From: Octopus bimaculoides
Taxonomy: Eukaryota
Length of the DNA stretch: 64,000 bases
NCBI RefSeq assembly: GCF_001194135.2
Contig: NC_068985.1
Span: 19,529,640-19,593,639 of the forward strand
Direction of reading: 5' to 3'
Shown here: piece after piece, positions 1 through 14,336 of the stretch
How the letters are laid out: every line of letters begins with the position of its first letter
Position numbering within the stretch: position 1 is the stretch's first letter
Notes under the pieces: model-generated
What the model was told of the DNA's origin: nothing
What the model saw: the letters and a program-made list of their open reading frames with translations, nothing else
Databases searched by the model: none
Made by a program: the position numbers and the translations under genes

Positions 1-89
1 TATCTTAAACCATTACATGTTGATATCAAAATAATGAATCAAACATTGACTTCTTAAAAGGAATAGTGGAGTTTCTAGCAATACAATTG

Positions 90-1850
90 AATGAGTATTA
101 AGGATAGGAAAACAACAAAGTAGTAGAGCTGTAAGGGATCACCACAAAATGTTGATAATATAAGGTGAAATAGAATATATGCTAGTTACTCACATAATCA
201 AACAAGTAGTACAGGGAAGCATTATATTCCAGGGGCTGGCATAGTAGTCTCATTATAATACTCTTCAAAGGAACAACTAAACAGCTATCAAAATGATGGG
301 TTAAGTTATGAGAGTATCAGAAAGATTTCATGCAATTAATCAAGAAGAGTGTCTCAGTAAGAAAATGGTACTGATGGTTCTCCATTTTCTACCAGAAAGG
401 AGAACTATCAGTTTCCTCTTCTTACAGAGACACAATCAGAAAACAAAAGCTAGCACACTAAGCATGCTGTAACCTGAAGAAAGCTTTGTTAGGGTATCAT
501 GTTCTGTATAATTTTTAAAAAAACTTAGCTAAGACAAATAAGTCAGAGTGGTCAGTGGTATGTACATGAACAACATGGGCAAATACAGGTATATCAAATA
601 CCATACAACATAAATTCTTGACTTATTAAAAATAATCTCTGCCTTTCCCAAATATAGCATAATTATCAAATTTGAGAAGGAGAGCTAACCTCAAGATTTA
701 AGAATTCTCCAAAGTTGACAAGTCATTAAGGAAAAGGGCAGGCTTATTGTTTGGAGGTAAGAGAACAGTTGTGAAAATTTGCTTCTATGTCTGTAGTTTG
801 GTGTTCCTGAACTTAATAGGGTGTAAATGACTAGCTTGTGAGAAGGATGTCGTCAACAAAGTGAGAGGTAGCAATTAGTTCAGTAAGGAATTTAGTATAT
901 AGATAGGTGTCTATCAGGGTTTAATGCTCAACCCCTTCCTATATATCATTTCCACAGGCCAACATAACAAAAGAGTTTAAGGCCAATTGTCCATGGCAAC
1001 TCCTGTATGCTGTTGAACTAGTTATCATTGCTGAATCAGATGAGGAATTAGAGGAAAAGTTCCAAATATGGAAATAAAACATAGAATTAAGAGATCTAAA
1101 AGTAAACAGTACAACAACAATCCTAGCATGGCTTGTTTAACAACTGGAAAGTTGCCATGTTAGGATATGCAGAAAAAGATCAAACAGGAATTCTACAGTA
1201 GCTAACCAATGTATATTATGGGTGCATAAAAAATGCAATGGATCTCAAGCAAGATGATGGAAAAGGACTTCATATATAAGGGCAAACTAGAAATGAATGC
1301 TTTCAATTTCCCAAAAGGCTTACTATATTTCGGCAACTTAATGAACAATGAAAGTGGTAAAAGTTCAGAGAACTTATTTCTTTTGGCAACAAATGGTTTC
1401 TCTCTTAGAGTGAAGGGCATCCTTGCATATGTTTGCACAAAGTGTGATATTGCATGGTAGCAAAAATGGAACCCTGAATGCAGGCTGAAATAAAAATGAG
1501 GCAAGCAAATTCCACTAGATGAGTAACTTTAGCATGCAGATGAACAGAGAGAAAAGATGGGCATTAGATAAATCAGCTGTAATGTGTAAGAGTGAAAGAA
1601 TGCAATGATACAGGTAAATTATGCATATGAAGAATGACAGTGAGATAAAGTGACAAGCAAATTGAAAAGAGCTTATGGAAGAAGACCAAGGAAAATGTAA
1701 TAAGTAGTGAGGGCTAATCTTGTGATAATGAACTCCATAAACAAGATAACAAAATAATGTGGAACTGAATAAGTAACAACATGCTGTGCATAGAAAAACA
1801 GACATATAATGATGATGAAAATGGCAATGACGATGACAATAATGATGGCT
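90..1850 (+). mobile_element. Decayed RTE-clade LINE (RT and C-terminal region), interrupted at about 510-800
   Basis: Degenerate RT motifs: DLEKAFDRV-like at about 475, VGVHQGS-LSP-like at 900-945, WQLLYAVELVIIAESDEELEEKFQIWK (YADD remnant) at 995-1075, Cys-rich CRICRK...C..WVHKKC, and FSLRVKG. Confidence 0.8.
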
Positions 1851-2509
1851 GAGTGAGAAGTATAGACTATAAACCAAAATATGCAACTCAGGTTGAAAGT
1901 TTTCTCAAATTCTTAATGTCAAAACATAATTAATCTCTACACTAGAGCATACCAATCCTTTTGGAAAGCTTTCACAAGTTGTAACATCAATACTTCTACA
2001 CTAGAATTAAATAACAATGTCTGTAATAAGCATTATCATTTTACATCTGCTTTCCATGCTAGTATGGGTTGGATCAGTCACCACAATCAGAGTCGGTGCA
2101 TATTTGAGAGTACTGCTCAGCTTGACATACTGAAGGACAACACTCTGATCGCATGTTTCTTTTTCAGCTTGGTTTCTATGGATAGATGCCCTTCTTAACA
2201 TCAACCATTTTACAGAATATACTGGGCATATTCTTTTCCATGGTGGCAATACTAGAGAAGAGTCATGCCCTTCACAAGGCTTAAGGGTCTTCACACGGAG
2301 TGTACTGGATGCACTTTTAATGACACCAGCTCTAGAGAGCTAGCCATGTCCCTGAAACAACTAAAGGGGCCTCACAATTCTACATCTCTGCTTGCTTGCG
2401 AATCTTATTACAAAGTGAAGTGAGAGGCAAAAAAGATTGGGGAATGAATGAAGATAAAAAGAGGGATACGTGACAGAGGTACTCAGTATTCAGTATCACC
2501 ATCCCCATC

Positions 2510-2850
2510 ACCACCACCATCATCATCATCATCACCATCATTATCGTTTAATGTCTTAGCTCCATGCTGGCATGGGTTGGACAGTTTGACATGGAGCTGA
2601 CTAGCAGGGGCTGTCTGAACTCCAACTCTCTGTTGTGGCATAGTTTCTATGGCTGGATGCCCTTCCTAATGCCAACCAGTGCACTGAATACATTATACAT
2701 GTCACTGTCTCAGGTGTGTTTACACAGCACTTGCATGGGTGCATTAATGCAGCCCTCACACAGGCACTTTTTAAGTAGCACCAGCACCTGAAAAGACAAG
2801 CCTGTATGTGTGGAAGACAGCAATTTTACTTAGCTTCGCATATCTTATCA
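2510..2850 (-). mobile_element. RTE-3'-end-type short repeat with (GAT)n tail. Family also at about 30225, 31150, 36370, 36490, 42290, 43195, 54480, 55540, 56050, 57390, 58025, 62290 and 63655
   Basis: Recurrent CATCATCATC...TTTAA(C/T)GTC...CCATGCTGGCATGGGTTGGACAG...CTGGATGCCCTTCCTAATGCCAACC block. Confidence 0.8.
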
Positions 2851-3344
2851 AGTGTAAAAAAATTTTAATGCTGAGCTATGTTCCAGAATACTCAAAGTTA
2901 ATGTTGAATGAAAAAGTTGACCCATGAATAAGTCTGCAGTACATTTAACATATTGAATATTATAATTATTTGAATGTAGCAGAACAATATTCAGAAAATA
3001 AAGAACATTGTTAACCTTATTAACAATAAAATTCCTCAGTGAATTCGAGAATAGTTACATTTCAATTTAGTAAATAATTACTATGGCAATATAATTTTTA
3101 CTGTCTTACAGCCATTATTTTACATTAGCATATGTGACTTCTGCAAATTAATTTAATGAAAACTTCAACCTTTGCAGCTGAACACTCTTTCTATAATCAT
3201 CTATGAAACCATAAATTAGGAGTTGCACCTATTACTGGCTCAATAGAGGAAATGCACAACTCAAAGGCAACTGGAAGTCTTGAGCTGACCATGGTCAGTA
3301 ATACAAAACCTCAACCACAAAATGATTGTGCTTCTTAAAATTAA

Positions 3345-3720
3345 TTAAATAAAAAGCTTACTTCCTAACCACAAGGTTCCAGGTTCAATCCCACTGTGTG
3401 GCACCTTGGGCAACTGTCTTCTACTATAGCCTCAGGCCAACCAAGGCCTCCTGAGTGGATTTGGTAGATGGAAACTGAACGAAACCCATCATATATATAT
3501 ATATGTAACTATGTATTTATGTGTCTTTGCCCCCACACTATTGCTTGACACCCAATATTCATGTGTTTATGTCACTGTAACCTAGCAGTTTGGCAAAAGA
3601 GACCAATAGAATAAGTACTAGACTTAAAAAGAATAAGTCCTGGGGTCAATTTCTTCAACTAGAACTCTTTAAGATAGTGCTCCAACATGGCCACAGTCGA
3701 ATGACTGAAACAAGTAAAAG
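3345..3720 (+). mobile_element. tRNA-head SINE of the most abundant family. Other copies at about 14390(-), 17000(-), 23285(-), 24855(-), 27500(-), 35705(+), 36790(-), 42170-42715(-), 43500(-), 44810(-), 49000(-), 60100(-), 61915(-) and 63230(-)
   Basis: B-box-like GGTTCAATCCC, then GGCACCTTGGGCAAGTGTCTTCTACTATAGCC...GGTAGATGGAAACTGAA, a central (TA/TG)n, and a tail ending GACTGAAACAAGTAAAAG. Confidence 0.85.
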
Positions 3721-4046
3721 AAACATGCACACACACACACATGTTGAAGATGTACTTGCCTGGCAAATGATTTGACCTGAGACGATGTGTTGATACTAAA
3801 ACAATTACTGCATGAAAATACATATTAACCATTACAGAACAATGTAAACATTGTAAACTTAAATATTTTTAACTTGATGTTGACAAATAATAAATGTTAA
3901 AGTGTAGTAAAGAGTTTCTGTGAGTTTTTAAGTAACAAATATGTACCTTCCATACTGTAATTGTTTTATATACATACATGTGTGAGTGTGTGTGTCTGTG
4001 TGTGTGCACACATGCATGCATGTACATATACGCACACATCTGTGCA

Positions 4047-4127
<81 letters not shown>

Positions 4128-5077
4128 NNNNNNNNNNNNNNNNNNNNNNNNNNNNNNNNNNNNNNNNNNNNNNNNNNNNNNNNNNNNNNNNNNNNNNNNN
4201 NNNNNNNNNNNNNNNNNNNNNNNNNNNNNNNNNNNNNNNNNNNNNNNNNNNNNNNNNNNNNNNNNNNNNNNNNNNNNNNNNNNNNNNNNNNNNNNNNNNN
4301 NNNNNNNNNNNNNNNNNNNNNNNNNNNNNNNNNNNNNNNNNNNNNNNNNNNNNNNNNNNNNNNNNNNNNNNNNNNNNNNNNNNNNNNNNNNNNNNNNNNN
4401 NNNNNNNNNNNNNNNNNNNNNNNNNNNNNNNNNNNNNNNNNNNNNNNNNNNNNNNNNNNNNNNNNNNNNNNNNNNNNNNNNNNNNNNNNNNNNNNNNNNN
4501 NNNNNNNNNNNNNNNNNNNNNNNNNNNNNNNNTATATTTTTCTATGTATGTATAATATTAATGAGTATTAAAACAACGGTTGTTACGAATGCATGTTTTA
4601 CAAATTATGCCACATAGAAAAATTAGGATTTCAATAGAATTTTGATTATGCTTAAAACTTCACTCCATAATTTCATTAGCAAATGAAACTATTATAAAAA
4701 ATATGGTGTTTAAAATTAATTGCCTCCTAATTGAAATACTGAATAAAGATCTTATACAAAGTTCAAAAATTGTGTTACATAACGATAAAATAACAACTAA
4801 AATTTGAATGATGCTTATATTTATAAAAAAAAAATATAGAATATGCAAGTCAAACATACCCCAACAGAAATAAAAGAAAACAAAAGTTACAACTGAACGA
4901 AAAGTAAAAGAAAAGCAATACAAAAATAGCAAAATAGTAAAGAAAGCTTCTAAAAAGATAAAAAAGAAAAACTGAAATATTACCAAAAAGTAACATTCAT
5001 AAGTAAGAAGGGAAAAATATGACATCTCAGTAAAGACAGAAGTTTACAAATATCCAAAATAGTCATTGGCATCTTAC

Positions 5078-5163
5078 CGTCGTCAGCTGACGATGCTTTG
5101 CCATGGAGGATGCTGGCGGAGGAGATATCTTCACCTCTGCCAACACTTCTGATGGCTTCTCTT
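5078..5163 (-). CDS. Coding exon (E/K)EKPSEVLAEVKISPPPASSMAKHRQLTT; alternative acceptor at 5191
   Basis: Donor ACG|GTAAGA after 5078. Acceptor CTAATTTATGATGTCTGCAG| before 5163. GC- and CpG-rich island in AT-rich flanks, open in the phase-1 frame. Confidence 0.68.
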
Positions 5164-7859
5164 CTGCAGACATCATAAATTAGTTTTTCGGCTGTTTATT
5201 AGAAGTAATTCAGACAGGACTAGTGTATTACACTTAACACTGATAAAAACAAAGGAAAGAAAACCTTGTCGATTATTTTATCCAAAGACTGCTAGATGCA
5301 ATGCTGTTAGATACACACATCAACTTCTCTCTGATATCATCCTCAGGCTGAATTGATACCGTCTTATAAAGACTGCTTTAAGATTAGGCTATTAAAAGAG
5401 AAAAGTGTTCACATGTACAGTTTCTCAAGTTAGCATCTGCTTCAAAAGAACTAAACAGAAAGGAGACAAAAATATACAAACAATATCAAAGAAAAAAAAC
5501 ACATCCAAAGACTTAGAAGTGATTCGTAAGAGGAGACTTTAAGATAGCAGGAAAACTAACAACCTCAACACTGTAAAAGTCATGCCACTATATTAATGCA
5601 CAGATCACAACTAGGAAACTAGACTTTTCAAAGTTTATTTATATTTTAACACTTAACAGGAAACTTGAGTCCCTAGTGAATATCATTATTCTTGTAATTA
5701 CCCCTTCATTTAAAGGAACAATGGATGGATTACATTCTGTAGTAAATAAGTATATCAGCAAACACAAAACCAAGAGGAGGGAGAAGAGTTAATCCTTATA
5801 ACTATTTGTCAGAATTTTGAAGACTAGCTATAATAATTTACCAATGATTTCAGCTGTAGTTAACTGGCACCAATGTTAGGTGGCAACACTGACAGATTAG
5901 CTTTATATTTTCATTTTAATAAGATAAGAGCTTTCAGTATGAATTTAAGTATCTTTTTTTCGATAGCCATTGATAATATATAGAATTATAATGATGATTT
6001 TAATATAATTTGAAATTCTCTCCCTAATGAATAAGCATTAGTGAATGAAGTACTTCCAGGAATTGGGAATAAAAGGAATGATAAGCTAATTCCCCTACAG
6101 ACACATAGTGCTCACCAAACAATAATAATGATTATTACTATGATAAAAAAAAATTAGCACCCTACAAAGATTTGGATAATTTTCCAGTTTGTAATATATA
6201 TTAGACTGTTCCACTGATGGGTTTAAAGTATATTTTAATCACATATACACATACTATGAATTAAAAATAATTACACTAAAAATATTGACATTTTTAAAAC
6301 TCCAACAAGAAAAATGTCAAAACCAAGGTGAACTAAATACTATGAAAAATATGGCAAACAAAGTTCAAAATCGTTTTTATATGATACAATACATAATCCA
6401 GGGAAATTGGTATTTGTCTGCATAGGAAAAGATTAATTCCTAGGCGATTTCATACAAGAGCTCAACAAGTAGATTTTCTGTGAGGAGTAAAAGAGTTGGA
6501 TCTAGTTAAACTGATTCATAAGAACTGCATTTTTTAAAGGAAGTAAAAAATCTCAAAATCGGCTATATTAATGTAGTTTTCCACTCTTATTCCTATGAAG
6601 GTATGATGTTGTGAAGAAAAAAATGGAGGAAAAAGTTACAGAGATTTAAAAATCGAAAAATCTATATTTTTAGCCAATAGCAAGACAAAAATTTTCTGCA
6701 TTTAGATGTCAACTTTAAGGTTGTACCCTGTGAAATTTATAGTTTAGCGTCTGTTCATTGTAGGTTTCTAAATAAACAGAAATACCTAATAAAATCAACA
6801 CATATCATCTTACTGTTGCTTTTGTCTCTTCATTGATTTCTATAGTGTTTTGTATGTTTTTATTATTTTTAAAAATTTGTTATATTAATATATTTGTCTG
6901 CATGTGTTTACTTTGTGTATATTTCAGTATTATGTATACCTGTCATGTATTTGTGTACAACATTAGTATATAAGTGCATGTGGATGTATGTATTCATATA
7001 TAAGTTTATATGCACATTTATGCATTCGTGTGTGTGTGTGTGTGTGAAAAGGGGACGTCTGTCTCCAAAACTCCCAAGTTGAGTAACGTTTTTATGCTTG
7101 GATTTGTAAACTACGGTAAAAATAACACTGGTCAACAAAGAATTTGTCCCAAGAAAAAGAATACCTGTATCTTATGGTTTTGCATGCAGAATTCAAAAAT
7201 AATGTCAAATTATCTGTAACACCCACAGTTTCTCTGTTCCACGATATACCTCTCAGTTCCTGTTATGTGGGCTAATTTTCAGTTAAGCTGTTGAATTGTG
7301 AAGTTAATGGTTTAAGAAATACTTCTAATTTAAATGCTTGTGAACTGAATTAACCTAGCGAAATAATAAATCCAGCCACCTGAGTCAATGAGTCCCTGAA
7401 GCTTGGCAATACTGAGTCGCTGAGCCACTGATGCTTTGTCAGTACTGTGCTTGAAGTGTAGGTGTGCGGTTGTGTACTAAGTTCACATATTCCTTTCACC
7501 TTCATAATGCCAAGAAACTGTATAAACGGTGCAAACAACTTTTGCTATACATGAAAAATATATAAAATATTAAGACAATTGAAGGAAAATATCTATAATA
7601 AAATTCTAATTGATAAATATAAATTTTTATTAAAACAAAACACGTGGGTGAAGTAAATCTTATGGTGTGAAGAATCAACACAACACAGATGATGTAAAAC
7701 ATAACACAATGTATGGCTGTCATGGCTACAAGCTGTTAGTGCCTCTCTGTCTGTTGATTGGCTAATATTACCCAAATTTCCCAACTTTAATTACAAGTTA
7801 AAGTAATTGGTTGATTGTAATTAAAATTCAGAGTTGTATCGATACACCAAAATTGAAAG

Positions 7860-8340
7860 CAATCTGAGCAAAATTAAAGGGGAATGATTTTGTGAATCAG
7901 TTTAACTAGATCCAAAGAGCTTAAGTTCGAACAGAGTATGATGTTCTGAAAGAGCAGCAACGTAGTAAGAGAGGGTGAAAAGCTGGTGATAGGTGCTATG
8001 AGTTATGAGCAAGGTGAATCATGGGGGATGAAATAAATAAAAAAGAGGTAGGTGGTGAGGACCAGATCAAGTGAGGTGGTAGATAGTATGAAGAACTCAT
8101 AACAAAGAGAGAGGTGGACAATACTAATTGGGGAGAAAAGGAATGGAAGTGGGAACTTGCAAAGAACTAAGTTTAATAAGGCATGGCCAAGAACTGTAAA
8201 ATAATTTATGACAGTAAGGAGTGAGTAGAACTGTAAAGAAAATTAATAGTGTCTAGAGTGGAGGTCAGTAGGGATGGAAAGAAATATATAGTAGTCTGTG
8301 ACAGGACGTGGATGGCAGGGGGACTAGAGGGCCAATATAC
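7860..8340 (-). mobile_element. Highly decayed L2/CR1-group LINE 3' fragment
   Basis: Purine-rich plus strand resembling the better-preserved fragment at 23660-24080. Motifs are weak. Confidence 0.35.
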
Positions 8341-8455
8341 TAAAATGGATTATAGGCACAATCCAACTACATGCTGCACACTATGTGAAGTACATGCATA
8401 CGACTGCATTCAAAATAGCTAACCATACAGTACATGGACACACACACACACACAC

Positions 8456-8504
<49 letters not shown>

Positions 8505-8997
8505 TAAGCAACACAGCACAAATAAATACACATCACACAACAAGAGCATTTTTTCTTTTTTTTTTGTATTTTGAGAATGAAGCAGTTTGAAAGTGGAAGA
8601 CAGAATTAAAGGAAGCTGAGATGTAAATTTAGACCCTAAGGTGCCAAAGTACCTATGCTGAAGAAGGTGTTTTGGTGGGTATAATGAGACTTGCAGACAC
8701 TGTGTATTTGCAAGTTCCATTCTACCCAAAGTGTTGGAGAACAGTACTATCTGTGAGGTGATCAGCAGAGTGACTGCGCAAGTTAGAGCTAGACTACAAG
8801 ATTTTGAGGACTTCTTGGATGTTTTTATGGACATCCACCAAATGCTCACAGAACCTGTTTTACTTTTGTTATCAAATTTCTGTTATAGTTATAGTTAATT
8901 TTTAAAAAATACAGAATTTAAAAATATAATTTTGTTATTATACAGATGGCATTTGGACATAAATTAACAGAGTTTCATTGATAGGTTTTAATTTAGA

Positions 8998-10330
8998 TCA
9001 CTTTAAAACAAAGAATTTGTATCTTAGAATAAGGGGCAGTTTCAAGTGTATTGGTATTAAGAGTTCATCTCCACAAAGCTTGAAGACTACGCAGCATATT
9101 AGGTTAGAGGAAATGCAGTGAGAGTGATTGATCACATTGACTGAAGGCTTGAACCTAACAGAATTAAAGGGAGATGTAAGCATTATGGTTAGACCATATA
9201 GATGTGCCCACAAGGGATGTGTCTAGGGGCAAGTGAACTCCTGACTAGAAGGTTACATAGAATCTTATCCCTGTTGAAGGACAGGACTGGAGGCATGGAA
9301 AAGATGGGATCAATTGGAAAGCAGAAGGTGGAACAGTGAAGCAGAGTGCTCTGAAGTGACTGAGTCACTTCAGAAGATGGAGAGGGGAATCCAGACTCTG
9401 GAAGAGTGACTGTTTGGCATGAGTGCAACAGTACAGTTCATAGACTGAACTCAAGAGAGGTCAGTATTCACAACAGGTTAAGGGTACCTAAGTGAGAGAA
9501 AAGATTGATGCATTACTTGAAAATAAGTCATATCTTTGTTGCAGAGATAGAGAAATGAGAAGATTTGTGAGAACAATATGGTAGATTTGATGTGAGTGTG
9601 ATGTGAGGAGGAATGTGGAGAGATAGATGATACTGATAGAGGCAGATATATCTAGAAAGTTCATGAAAGTATTAGAGATGATGGAAGTAAAAGGTGAGTT
9701 ACTTTCTGGTGAGAGAGGTTGCACTGACACAGTCACCAATGTAATGGCCCAATAGTTAAGGGGCAAACCTAGAAAATAGGGCAAAAAGTTAGGTCTAATA
9801 GGGCCAACAAACAAGTTGATGTGATTTGGGTCATCTTGATGCCAATAGCTATGCCACTCAAGTGTTAGTAGAACACATCAGAATAGGAAGAGCAATGAAG
9901 AATGAGTATAATTCAGTTTGGATGAGGAGTGTACAGGTTTTGGGTTCAAATGTGTGGTGTTAAGGTCAAAAAAAGAATTTCAGGACTGGTAGGTCATTGT
10001 CATTGTGGATGATGGTAAACAAGGATTTGAGCTCTATGGCAAAGAGAAATTTAGAAGGTCCAGAGGTGGGTGGTATGGTTGGTGTCCTTATGAAAGCAGC
10101 AGCCAGAAGGAGCATAATTTGGTTGAGATAGTTACAGATTAGTTTGGCAGAGCATCAAGTAGAGAAAATAGGGCAGCTAAGAGCGTTGGGTTTGGGAGGA
10201 GAAAGTAGATAATGGAAGTATGGTGAGTTTGTGATGAAGTTGATTACTGTTGGAGAAAGTAAAGAGAAAGAAATGAGTTTTGTATAATGATGGAGAAATG
10301 TTTTAGATTGAAAAGTATGCTGTTGCTGAG
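8998..10330 (-). mobile_element. Decayed Penelope-like element (RT plus GIY-YIG endonuclease)
   Basis: Minus-strand remnants in PLE order: GIAIGIKM...NLFVG (GVAMGTKMGP..ANLFVG), FLDISASIS, PPVLSFNRDKILCNLLVRS, and HCISSNLICCVVFKLC (GIY-YIG N-terminus). Confidence 0.7.
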
Positions 10331-12437
10331 CAGTTTCTGGTAAAACTGCAATTCACTTACATGATGGAAGGTTTCTTTTATGTCGAGATCCATCTACCAA
10401 ACCATTTCTACTTTGCCTTTGTCAGCCAGTTTAATGAATATGTTACAAATTTGTTAAAACTGACAGAGTTCAACAAGTTCTGGAGATATTAAAACAACTA
10501 TCACTTCTGGAAGGTAAAAATTACCCTAAATGTGATGGCATTTCAGTTGGAACAGATTCAATGAATTTTACTGCCCCAAAATTGCAATAGCTATCCAATT
10601 GCAGCAATACTTATACACACTATATTAAGCTCAAGACATTTCTCTGTATTTGCAGCAACTTTTCAGTTTGCTTGTACTTGTTTGACTTAGGATGTGGATT
10701 GATTTGGGTTAATGCATCACCATATCAACTGTGCCATATGGTATCACATTAGCAATAATTAAACAGCTTGCTAAAATTTTGCTCATAAATAAATATATAT
10801 TCCATTCCCAAAAGAAATAGGTCAGATTTTAAGAAAAGACTCTCAAGAATTTTGCTCATATGACCAAGAAATTCTATGCTGATTAATTTAAAATCAAACT
10901 TCATTCACTAACTATCCAGTAAACTAAATTTTAAGCACCAGTGCTCAAGTATAAAACTGAACATAGCCTTTGGCATCCTAATTTCTAAACTATAGAAGTA
11001 ATCAATAGAATTTTTTCACTGCATAACTTTCATGGCTCCCCTTTCAAAAAAATATTGTCATAGTTTTAGGAACAAAGTGGATTATTTAATCCAACACAAG
11101 AATTTCTTGAGTAAATTTTTAAAATTTCAATCTTCCAATTTTTCTCAGTTCTTTCATTGTCCAGAAAAGATAAGATTTGTAAATAAAGATAAAATCACAG
11201 TTAATGTTTTTAATCATTTTTTTCCCTAAGTACTCAGTTATATACCTGCATGCTATTGGCCCATTTCAGGCCCAATTAGTGCACAGGTCAAAAGATAGCT
11301 TACATAGTTTTATAAAATGAATACCAATTTAAAATTTGAAAATGATGCTAAGTTTCAGAAGCTTAAAGATGACTATCATCAGCTTTCAAAGACTTTTAAG
11401 ATTTCATAAACATTGCTTAATCCACCAGTGGAAACTATCTAAAATTGAACAACTTCAAAAATATCAGAAGCAACATCAAATATAAGACAATAAGCATGCT
11501 GGTTTAGAGGGTTGTGATGATAAAGATTTTTTTCCCTTTTTTTTTTTCTTTTTCTTTCTTAAGAATCAAAGAATTTAATGCATTTAATATTGGTGTATGG
11601 AATACCATTTATTAAAAACATAGCAGATGCAGTTCTGAAGTTGTAGTATTTTGCATACGGTAATACATTGCCAGTATTTCTAACTAAAACATTAAGTATT
11701 CCTGTCTTTAAAAGGTTTTAGAAGTTTTCAAGGATCATAAGCTGACAATTTCATGTAACAAAATTTCCCAATTGACTCAGTTCAAAACAAAACTTTCTAA
11801 ACCTCAATTTATTTTTTCACTACCATGTATCGATGGTGAAGCAGTGCATTTACTGCAAAAGATACATATATACTTTATCATCATCACCATCATCAGCAAA
11901 TATTTTCTCACAAAGATTGTATTGGAAATATTCAAATGATTTGTTAATGGCACTCTTTTCATATCAAGAGATGACTTTATCAGCTGATTTACAAATTCAT
12001 GAATGAGTTGAAGTCTGAAGATGCTCATTCTGACAGCATATTGCATGTACCAACCACTCAAGATTCAGAAGCTGAAAAATGAATTAAATTTGTTTACTAT
12101 TAGAAAACCTAAATTATTTGATGGTCATATTAATACGTGATTTAGAAAACTTAATGTTTCAAACCATCAGAAAATGTTCTTTGAAGAGAGTGAAAGTAAA
12201 TGAAGCCTTTTATTTTTAGTTTTAGTTCAACATACATCTATAGTCCAATACTTGGAGACACTGTCATTTTTACATCAAGGGGTCAGTCGGTATCTAGGTC
12301 TTACAACATACACCTTCATCCAAATGACCCAACCTAAGTTGATTAAGCCTAAGCCTGTGTCAAAGCAGCATGCTGTTAACCCTACCAATCACTTTCCAGC
12401 TAGAGCCAACTAGATGCTTTCTCAGCAGCTTCTATAG

Positions 12438-12698
12438 CTGTGATTCTCAACCATTCTTTACCTATAGACCCCTTTGATTCCTATTTTACTCAGCAGGTGG
12501 GACACTCATAGTCATTCGATGTCTAAAAACTTCACTTATATTTTTATGATTAGATATTATTTAGAATTGTATTAAAAAATGTTTAAATATTTTGTGTATT
12601 GTAGAAGTATAACCAATTTATTGCATATAAATTTTAACAACAAAATCTTGTATGACCCCCACCCCAAGGGCCATATGGACTCCAGTTGAGAACCACTG
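12438..12698. mobile_element. hAT (Charlie-like) MITE
   Basis: TIRs CTGTGATTCTCAAC / GTTGAGAACCACTG. 8-bp TSD TTCTATAG (12430-12437) / CTCTATAG (12699-12706). Confidence 0.82.
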
Positions 12699-13927
12699 CT
12701 CTATAGCCTATACACTGTTTTTGATGGCTCTTCTACTCATTTTGGAATATATGCTTTTTATTTTTATATAAGCATGGATTTTCTGGACTATCAACCTCAA
12801 CTTTATTATTTCTACCTACATAGTATCTCAAACCTTCCATTTTTTGCATCTCTACATATATACATATCCAAATTGTCTCACATATATACATATAAAATTG
12901 TCTCTAGACATATGCATATCATCTCTACATGTCTATAAAACCCTAATCTAAATTAAAAACACAGAACCTTTATTTCTACAAGATTTTAATGTTTTCATTC
13001 ACTGTGCTATAGTTCTTACAGGATGCTGTAACTCTATTACAAAGACTTTTTAAATAGAATGGTTTTTCTACTATGATAAATAACCATATGATAGTACAGG
13101 CAATAAGTAATAATATGTTAAGTAGGAATCTTGCACTAAGTCTGACTTGAGTAAAAGATTGATTTTTTTATATATTGACAACAAAATGAACTATATTTAT
13201 GTTAATTGATGTAATAATTATTTGTTCACAAACAGACCATTTCATAATCTAATCGAAGTTAGCAAAAAAATTTGAATGTTTACAAGTACACTTTAAAATG
13301 TAAAAGCAAAAAATTAGGATGAAGTTATAAGAATGCTTAAGAAATCATTTAACAATGATTAACTTTTATACAAATCAAAGAGGTCCATATAACCAATGCT
13401 TAATTCCAAACTTTAGTATAAAACAAATGAAAGAGGAATTTTCCTTCTTGACTGGATAATGGTCTATAGGTAGTAACATCCTCATAACATCACATACCTA
13501 TTTCCTATTCTTACGTGAAATGAAATACAACATAGAACCATGAAATCTACTCAGAAACACAGTGGAATACAACATATACAAATTCTTCAAAACCAGAACT
13601 GATAGTTTAATATCTTACCCACTTAATCATTTTTACCTCTGAGAAATCCAGTTAGGTAATAATAAATTCAAACCAAAACCAAGGTGAACCTACATAAATT
13701 AAAGTATTTGTTTATTATATATTCAAGAATATATAATAAATTATGGTATTAACCACCACGGTTTAAATCTTTAAATTCTTTTTATTTCACAAACATTAAT
13801 ACAATGAAAAAGAAATCAAAATTTGCAAATTATAATTTTTTGTTCTCGCTAACCTAAAACATTTATTTGCTATTAAAGAGTGTCTGATATTGTCATCTAC
13901 AGTTAATATATAATCACACACACACAC

Positions 13928-13978
<51 letters not shown>

Positions 13979-14299
13979 NNNNNNNNNNNNNNNNNNNNNN
14001 NNNNNNNNNNNNNNNNNNNNNNNNNNNNNNNNNNNNNNNNNNNNNNNNNNNNNNNNNNNNNNNNNNNNNNNNNNNNNNNNNNNNNNNNNNNNNNNNNNNN
14101 NNNNNNNNNNNNNNNNNNNNNNNNNNNNNNNNNNNNNNNNNNNNNNNNNNNNNNNNNNNNNNNNNNNNNNNNNNNNNNNNNNNNNNNNNNNNNNNNNNNN
14201 NNNNNNNNNNNNNNNNNNNNNNNNNNNNNNNNNNNNNNNNNNNNNNNNNNNNNNNNNNNNNNNNNNNNNNNNNNNNNNNNNNNNNNNNNNNNNNNNNNN

Positions 14300-14336
<37 letters not shown>

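Noticed and set aside
3345-3420. tRNA-like A/B-box sequences
   Set aside because: They are SINE heads. No complete cloverleaf tRNA gene was seen.
10350-10440. Strong minus-strand donor CAT|GTAAGT
   Set aside because: The sequence upstream is a LINE RT remnant (LDI..TFHHV, LDISKAFDKV-like) with an in-frame stop.
11900-12080. Minus-strand acceptor TTTTTCAG with a following GC-richer stretch
   Set aside because: Stops occur in all three frames from the acceptor and there is no clear donor.
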